Positions 57,543 through 64,000 of a stretch of 64,000 bases of DNA are shown here, one piece after another. The DNA is taken from the IMG/VR virus record IMGVR_UViG_3300030331_005816, positions 1-64,000 of that record; one strand, written 5' to 3'. The notes beneath the pieces were generated by a model. The model saw only the letters and a program-made list of their open reading frames with translations. It was not told the DNA's origin and did no database searches. The DNA comes from a virus. A program made the translations under genes and the position numbers. The first letter of the stretch is position 1. Every line of letters begins with the position of its first letter.

Positions 57543-60500
57543 CCTATAGCGGCGATACGACAGACTTATTTGGTAGATTTTTACCAACACCAATATTTGA
57601 TGGTATAAAAATTAGTAATGTTTCTCCAAGTGACAAAGATGTTGAGGATGCTAAAGATAGTGGCCTTGCAACCATAGCCATCATCGAAGGAGACGCTGCT
57701 ACAGATCTCGGCACCTTGGGTGATATAAATTATTCAAATATGGCTAGAATTGAAGTCAATGCTTCTTTGATATTTAATTCTGATGATTCCTTTAATCCAG
57801 AAGAATATTTTAATACATTATTAACAAATGGTGCTGATAATGTTCCATCTTTATATCTTAATATTATTGCAATAAAAGAAAGTAACTTGGAGCAAAATTT
57901 TATACGAGCACTAAAAGATGATAAGTTAGAAATTTCTAATCTTAGACTGGCTATGGATTCTATACAAAATACGGTGAACAGATATACAGGAGACTCATCA
58001 TTGTATGAACTGCCATCTTCTGCTCTTGAAAACGATTTAATTGTTAGTAAATTTTTAAACAAGACGGCATTTCAAGCATATTCTATTCCTTATTCTTCTG
58101 TTGTGTCAGATTACGAATTTAGAACTGATTACGATGATGATGGAAATCCATTTTTTGTCACTGGTAACCAGACCTTCAAATTTATTATTCCAGATTTTAG
58201 AGGGCTTAAAAATGTTTCAATTTTTGCATGCCTCTCAACTCGTAGTATTCATGATATATCTCTGCAATCAAAAGCAATGTTTGCATTAAATTTTGGTGAC
58301 ATAAGCTACGAAGACATTGTAATAGGTGGCAAAGTTGCAAAGTTTGGTGATCCTGTTTTTATCGATTCACAAAGTTTAGTTTACACGAATATGCCTTTAA
58401 TGGCACTAAACTCTAAATTTTATAAAACTGACTCAATAACAAAATTAGATTTGGATAAATCTCTTGATCCGATAATAACAAAATATAGTAAGTTTATAAA
58501 TAACGACAAATCTTTAAAAAGACAAATTGACAATATTTTATTTGTAAGACAAAAATATTCTGATTCTACTGAATTACTTCCAAATTTGCAAAAGAGTAAT
58601 AATCTATCTCCAAGCAAAAGTCCTAACAACAACATTGGCAGAATGTATGATGAAATTAGAATTTCCATCAATAATTTTAATGTTGGGCTACAAGGAGAAG
58701 AAGAAGTAGTAAAAAGAATTTTTAGAAATTTTAAAATTTTAGACTTAAGAGATGTTGTTAATTTAGAGTTTACCACATCTTATGACGAAAATAATGATCT
58801 TGAAGTGGTCGATGGTAGAAATGTGGACGAAAATTATATCTACATGAACAAAATACACTCTAATGCTGCCAAATATGTACCAATAAACGATGCTATGAAT
58901 TGGCCCGGTAGAGCCGAAATACCAGTGACATCTGCCGAAAGAAAGCAACAAGTTTTGACTAGGATTGCTACCATAAAACAAGAAATAAAAAAAGTAGCAA
59001 AGGATGCCATACTGGGTTCATTGGGAGATATTACTAATGACACTCTTGAATCTAAAATTGATGAGGCTGATGAGTGGTTTCAAGGATTTTGTCAATTTTG
59101 GGCTGGGAAGGATGATAATGTCAAGAAGCTTGTTGGTGGGAACTGGATAAATCAGAAATCGACAAATTCTAAACTTTACTTAGCAAAAGAATCTTCCATA
59201 GAAAATGTAGATGAGATTACGAAATCCGAAGCAGGCGCCGCCGCAAAGCAAGCTTCAGAATATTTTGAAACAGTGTATAACAATGAAAGTTTGGACTTTT
59301 TTATGAGAGGTCCATGGGAAGATGATGATATCGAAGACGGCAATCTCGCACCCACAGTTACGGGCGGCTCAAAATATGAAGAACTTTCCGTCAGACAAAT
59401 TCACGAGTTAACCGGAATGGCCCATTTAAATGCCAAAATACAACTTATTTTCCCAAAAACAGTCTCCGGCCGGAATGACACTTTGCCAACAATAGGTTCA
59501 GATAGAGCGGCTCATATTTCACAAGCAAATGATGTTGCTAAGGAGTTTCGTGTTTTTGATACTTTGGTTAAAACATATGATGACCCGTATAGTTTTTCTG
59601 AATTTGTTTATAGTAATACATATGGTGTGTTTGGCACAGCTAATGCAGAAGAGTTTGTTTCTGGAATTGCAGTTAAAGATAACGAACAAGTCAAACAAGA
59701 CTTTCGTGTAAATTTAAAAAATGCAATTGAAAATCATTTGACTGGCAATGGCAAACTTTTAGACGGTACTCTTGGCCCCGATGATAACGAAGGACTCGCC
59801 TATAATATATTTAAAATAAAAGATCAAATTTTTAATAACATTGAACAAATTATAGATGAAGAAATTGACAAAATACTTAATACGAACCTTTATCAACAGC
59901 TACTACAGGAAAGTTCCAGAGATCTTAGAGCAAAGGCAATATTTGTTACATTGAGAAAAAAATTAAAGGTAGCCGTAGAAGAAACAATTAGCTCTGCTGG
60001 CTATACAGCCTTTTTAGCAACTCCTGCAACTATCAGTGGGGATCCGCCCTCTGATCTCATTAGGGAGCAATGCATACCACAAGCTAAATTAATAAAAACA
60101 AGTGACACCAATAATAAGGGAATAATATACGGTAAATATCCAAAACTACAACAGAAGTTTAGCCCAAGCTATGCTAATGGTGGTTCGTTATGGTATCATA
60201 AAATTGATTTGAGTGGTGGCATGCTAGAAGCAATGAGCGAAGGGTTGATGTCAGAAAAAACACAAATTGAAAATTTAATTGAAAATGCGCTTGAAGAGGC
60301 AGTTGGATATGAAGCTATTGTTTATGATACTAGATTATTTGATAAACTGGCAGAGACAGACATTATAATTCAAAAATCAGGATATTTTTTCTTTGATTAT
60401 GAAAAGTTTGTTAGACGGCGATCATTTTTATCAAGGTATATGGATGTTGGAAGATTAATTGACTTTACTTCAACCGGCAAGGAACTTACAAATGCATCCA

Positions 60501-61612
60501 TTAAGGTTGATAAGGTTAGACTTATTAATTTAACTCACAATTTAAATATGCTATTAGATCGAGATATCCAAAGTTTTAGTGCAGAACCACAAGATCCAGT
60601 TGAATATAAAACCTTTAAATTTCATACTAGTCTAAATTCAAATGGAGATTTACATGCATTTCCAAAAGCACCTATTTCAAAAGCAATAACATCTGAACAA
60701 TTTTTTAATTTAGATTCTTTGCCAACTGCAACCGCGGTAGCCACTGCCACCGGCACACCAATTAGTGCTGGGTACGAATCTGCGGCTGCCACTGGCTTAC
60801 CCACCACGGCTTTAACGGCTGATACTTCCGTAATTGCTTCCGAGACTGATGTAGAATCTTCATTCGTTGATACATTTTCAAAAATTACACAAAGAAATTT
60901 TAACTTTACTGATTTCAATAATGGGCTTTTGAGAGAGGGCCAAACATGGAAAGATGATTATAGACTAAACATGTATCAATATCAATTTTTTATTGATGAT
61001 GATCAATTTAATAGAGTTCCTACCACAGTCGATCCCAGTGACTTTTCACCCAATTCCGAGCGAAAAGATGGTCATACAATAGACTATCAAGTATACGAAA
61101 TTAAAATAATAGATGATTCACATGACTCATTGATTGCAATTGCTGCTAAGTTTGAGGATCTTTACAATAATTTTAAAAACAATTATTACGATGTGGCATT
61201 GGAGCAATGCTCATATAACGAATTTAACAAAACGTTTAATGATTTTTTTGTATCTGCAATTAAAGAAAAATATCCAAATACTTTAAACCCTTGGTCGCAG
61301 ATGGTCTCAGTATATGTTCTATATTTGAATATCTTCACCAATAGTTTTGAAGGAGACTATGTACAAATGGTTGAATTTGGTGAAAAAATGTTAAGCAGCA
61401 TAAGACCCGAAACAGGAACTTTGGATCGTTTGATATCAGTTAATAATGTATTCGTTAATTTTAATAATGAATTGAAATCTTTAATTTCGACTGCATCTGA
61501 CGATTTTAAATCATACTCAAATATACAAACAATTCAGGTTCAACAAGCTATTCAAAGACCAATATTAGATCATATTGGCGACTATTCTGATGTTCTTGGA
61601 CCAACAGGATAA
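57530..61612 (+). CDS. Large putative virion protein (1360 aa)
   Basis: Long ORF in structural module; Ala/Thr-rich linker near C-terminus. Confidence 0.7.
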   Translation: MPRLTYSGDTTDLFGRFLPTPIFDGIKISNVSPSDKDVEDAKDSGLATIAIIEGDAATDLGTLGDINYSNMARIEVNASLIFNSDDSFNPEEYFNTLLTNGADNVPSLYLNIIAIKESNLEQNFIRALKDDKLEISNLRLAMDSIQNTVNRYTGDSSLYELPSSALENDLIVSKFLNKTAFQAYSIPYSSVVSDYEFRTDYDDDGNPFFVTGNQTFKFIIPDFRGLKNVSIFACLSTRSIHDISLQSKAMFALNFGDISYEDIVIGGKVAKFGDPVFIDSQSLVYTNMPLMALNSKFYKTDSITKLDLDKSLDPIITKYSKFINNDKSLKRQIDNILFVRQKYSDSTELLPNLQKSNNLSPSKSPNNNIGRMYDEIRISINNFNVGLQGEEEVVKRIFRNFKILDLRDVVNLEFTTSYDENNDLEVVDGRNVDENYIYMNKIHSNAAKYVPINDAMNWPGRAEIPVTSAERKQQVLTRIATIKQEIKKVAKDAILGSLGDITNDTLESKIDEADEWFQGFCQFWAGKDDNVKKLVGGNWINQKSTNSKLYLAKESSIENVDEITKSEAGAAAKQASEYFETVYNNESLDFFMRGPWEDDDIEDGNLAPTVTGGSKYEELSVRQIHELTGMAHLNAKIQLIFPKTVSGRNDTLPTIGSDRAAHISQANDVAKEFRVFDTLVKTYDDPYSFSEFVYSNTYGVFGTANAEEFVSGIAVKDNEQVKQDFRVNLKNAIENHLTGNGKLLDGTLGPDDNEGLAYNIFKIKDQIFNNIEQIIDEEIDKILNTNLYQQLLQESSRDLRAKAIFVTLRKKLKVAVEETISSAGYTAFLATPATISGDPPSDLIREQCIPQAKLIKTSDTNNKGIIYGKYPKLQQKFSPSYANGGSLWYHKIDLSGGMLEAMSEGLMSEKTQIENLIENALEEAVGYEAIVYDTRLFDKLAETDIIIQKSGYFFFDYEKFVRRRSFLSRYMDVGRLIDFTSTGKELTNASIKVDKVRLINLTHNLNMLLDRDIQSFSAEPQDPVEYKTFKFHTSLNSNGDLHAFPKAPISKAITSEQFFNLDSLPTATAVATATGTPISAGYESAAATGLPTTALTADTSVIASETDVESSFVDTFSKITQRNFNFTDFNNGLLREGQTWKDDYRLNMYQYQFFIDDDQFNRVPTTVDPSDFSPNSERKDGHTIDYQVYEIKIIDDSHDSLIAIAAKFEDLYNNFKNNYYDVALEQCSYNEFNKTFNDFFVSAIKEKYPNTLNPWSQMVSVYVLYLNIFTNSFEGDYVQMVEFGEKMLSSIRPETGTLDRLISVNNVFVNFNNELKSLISTASDDFKSYSNIQTIQVQQAIQRPILDHIGDYSDVLGPTG

Positions 61613-61641
61613 ATTAATAATTATTATGGAGGCATAAAACG

Positions 61642-62220
61642 ATGTTTAAAATACCTTTTCAGGTTTCACAAATTAAAAAACAGCCAAAGCTTTATACAAA
61701 AAATAAAAACAAGTTTATATTAGGCGATAAAATTGTTAATAAAAATACCGATCCAACATTATTCAATGTACAAAATGCTGCACTAGCTGTCCAGCATATG
61801 TCTGGCACACCATCGTCTGCCAGACCCACCACTCACTCCACGACAACAGATATAGAAGCAATCTCTGTTGAAACTTTAATTCAGATGAATGTGGGCATTA
61901 GTGGTTTAAAAAAAGATTTCTCTTTACTAGAAGATAATAACCCTCAAATCGATTTGTCAAATCCAAGCATTATAGCTCAAAAAGAATTAGATAATGTAAG
62001 TAACGACCTAATCAAGCCAAGCGGATTTGATTTAGCTAATGATCCTATTTATGAACTTGATGCTGCTAAAGTGTCTGCAGCAAATATTAATGATTTGCAA
62101 GATGCTAGAGATTTTTTTGCACCCGTTGATCCATCTCAAATACTCTCTGGTTTAAATATTATGAATCAAAGTTCAGAGTATTTTGGTAGAAATAAGTACT
62201 ACGAAAAATTTGGGAGATAA
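61642..62220 (+). CDS. Hypothetical protein
   Basis: SD GGAGG; ATAATTA motif 18 nt upstream. Confidence 0.7.
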   Translation: MFKIPFQVSQIKKQPKLYTKNKNKFILGDKIVNKNTDPTLFNVQNAALAVQHMSGTPSSARPTTHSTTTDIEAISVETLIQMNVGISGLKKDFSLLEDNNPQIDLSNPSIIAQKELDNVSNDLIKPSGFDLANDPIYELDAAKVSAANINDLQDARDFFAPVDPSQILSGLNIMNQSSEYFGRNKYYEKFGR

Positions 62221-62223
62221 TAA

Positions 62224-63051
62224 ATGCCAACTCTTGAAAATATATTATTAAAAATTGACGAGCAAGATAGCACACATATAGACAAAATTATTGATTTTAC
62301 TGATGAAAACAAACTAGAAGTAGAAGATTTAACCAAAATAGTCTCCTCTGGTGATAATACACAATTATTATTAGGAACATCAATTGAAACTGACGGGCAA
62401 GTTATAGATACTGACTCATTTGTGAGTTCACTTTACAATTCTGGTCTAATTGGCCAACAATTTACCGGTGACGGCGGTATAAGTGAGGAACAATATGCAA
62501 TTTACTCAAGCACTTTAAATAATAGTATTGGGCTTGTCTTAGTTTTAATGGAGCAGTCCCGTAAACTTAGCAGCGGTTACACAACCACTGAATTGGTCCC
62601 TGTGTTTGCACACACAGCTAACGATGCATTAAATGATCCATCTTTTAATGCAACATTTGATTTTGGCGAGCAGAGTGAAGACACATCATTGCCTACCAAT
62701 TATATATCTTATGAGCCGTATGGAAGTGAAGCTTACAATAATTCTGAATATCTTGCACTTAGAGGTAAGTTTGGATATGAAGAATTAACAACAAGCAATG
62801 TTGTTCTGGCCCCTTTTAATGAGGCATATGCTAGAATGACACAAGATGTTGACAAACTTGCTTTGGACATAGCATCTGGAATCCTAACATCAAAAGACAT
62901 CATAAAAACAACTAATAAGTTAGAATTAACAGATAATCTGTTGCAGGAAATAACTCAAGATGAAGTTTCAAGCACAAGAGCAAGCCTAGAATCATCGAGT
63001 CCAAATACATCAGCAACTACTGTTTCCGTCCCAACCGGAGTATCATATTAA
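62224..63051 (+). CDS. Hypothetical acidic protein
   Basis: ORF in gene train. Confidence 0.7.
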   Translation: MPTLENILLKIDEQDSTHIDKIIDFTDENKLEVEDLTKIVSSGDNTQLLLGTSIETDGQVIDTDSFVSSLYNSGLIGQQFTGDGGISEEQYAIYSSTLNNSIGLVLVLMEQSRKLSSGYTTTELVPVFAHTANDALNDPSFNATFDFGEQSEDTSLPTNYISYEPYGSEAYNNSEYLALRGKFGYEELTTSNVVLAPFNEAYARMTQDVDKLALDIASGILTSKDIIKTTNKLELTDNLLQEITQDEVSSTRASLESSSPNTSATTVSVPTGVSY

Positions 63052-64000
63052 TGAGTGTCGATTTAGAACAAATTCAAATTTATATTGACTCAATATCACA
63101 ATATCCAACACAAGAATATGGTGGTAAATTTACTAGTCTAGTTGATGTCAATTTATTTTCCGGCTCTAATGATCTGTTTAGAAACTCAGTTGGTGGATAT
63201 TTTTTTAATTCTATAGATGATGCACAACAATTAAAAGTACCACCAAATTTTAAAAAATTTCTATACTTTGATAATATTAATCCACAAATATATTCTATTA
63301 ATTCTTACAAGGGCGAAAGAATCAACAGTAATATTGAGTTTGTCCAATCTGGCATGGATCGCAGCGAATCTAGCTCTGGTGCTAGCTTAATACAAAACAA
63401 GGGTGTTGCAAGTCAAGATACAATATTACCTTCCGTAAAATTTGTTTGTCAAGTTGAGGGCGATCCTAGAAATGAATTTTTGCAAGATCCCGTTGTTGGA
63501 AATAAATATTGGGAAAAATTATTCACTGGTGGTCAATTTAACGGCCAGAATATTGAACCAATATACTCAACTGAGTCATTTGATTCACACTATACAACGA
63601 TTAACATGCCGTATGATAAAATTGATTTTAAAACTTTAAAAAATGGCTCAGCAGTTGATAGATATACACAAGTTTCATATGAATATAATACTTATAATCA
63701 ATTATATCAAGACTTTGTCAGATCACTAAGCTCTGAAAAGCAAAATATAAATTGGTATTTATTAAACATGTATTCATTAAACTTTTCAATTGATGTCCAC
63801 ACTAAATCACACTATGGATTTTCCTCAACAGAAGAACCAATAAAACTTTTTAATGAAAATACTGAACAATATTTACTCAATGTCAGAGAAAATATTTTAA
63901 ATTCAGGGCCGACACAATCTTCTGAGTTTGAAAAAAGGCAAACAAATCTAATATTCAACAGTAACTCAATCCGTGAATTATTAAAGCCAGATACACCTGC
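63051..64000 (+). CDS. Hypothetical protein, runs off window end (not in ORF track)
   Basis: TAATG-coupled start MSVDLEQIQIYIDSISQY...; frame open as far as translated by hand. Confidence 0.7.
   Translation, partial: MSVDLEQIQIYIDSISQYPTQEYGGKFTSLVDVNLFSGSNDLFRNSVGGYFFNSIDDAQQLKVPPNFKKFLYFDNINPQIYSINSYKGERINSNIEFVQSGMDRSESSSGASLIQNKGVASQDTILPSVKFVCQVEGDPRNEFLQDPVVGNKYWEKLFTGGQFNGQNIEPIYSTESFDSHYTTINMPYDKIDFKTLKNGSAVDRYTQVSYEYNTYNQLYQDFVRSLSSEKQNINWYLLNMYSLNFSIDVHTKSHYGFSSTEEPIKLFNENTEQYLLNVRENILNSGPTQSSEFEKRQTNLIFNSNSIRELLKPDTP

Noticed and set aside
1-64000. Stop-codon recoding
   Set aside because: TAA, TGA and TAG all end genes that abut the next start, and multi-kb ORFs are intact in the standard code

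Overview
64 kb segment of an AT-rich jumbo/huge myovirus genome with T4-like affinities; every credible gene is on the + strand. Order: (1) 1-6.7 kb: small and acidic/basic proteins rich in I/L/V-x-E motifs (probable head-packaged cargo), an SNase-type nuclease, an HExxH metallopeptidase with a nested acidic ORF, and a ligase-like/cytidylyltransferase fusion; (2) 6.7-14.5 kb: Fis-like regulator with operator-like boxes, TlpA-like lipoprotein, tmRNA, tRNA-Asn, tRNA-Thr, HNH nuclease, a Cys-rich micropeptide plus candidate structured RNA, PIN-PhoH, a second metallopeptidase and a Cas4/RecB-like nuclease; (3) 14.5-30.2 kb: 18-gene glycan synthesis/modification cluster; (4) 30.9 kb: gp55-like late sigma factor; (5) 31.9-64 kb: baseplate/tail module (M15 peptidase, spike-like protein, 2159-aa unknown, gp25, gp6, 3895-aa LamG protein and others). 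Most notable signals: an S/T-G-S tripeptide confined to two tail proteins next to the glycan cluster (candidate virion-glycosylation sequon), near-complete avoidance of RCGY and CCWGG with a local RCGY island marking recently imported LamG domains, and a fixed-spacing late-promoter motif MTANWTA. All family calls are from motif recognition by eye and all counts are hand counts; no database searches were run.
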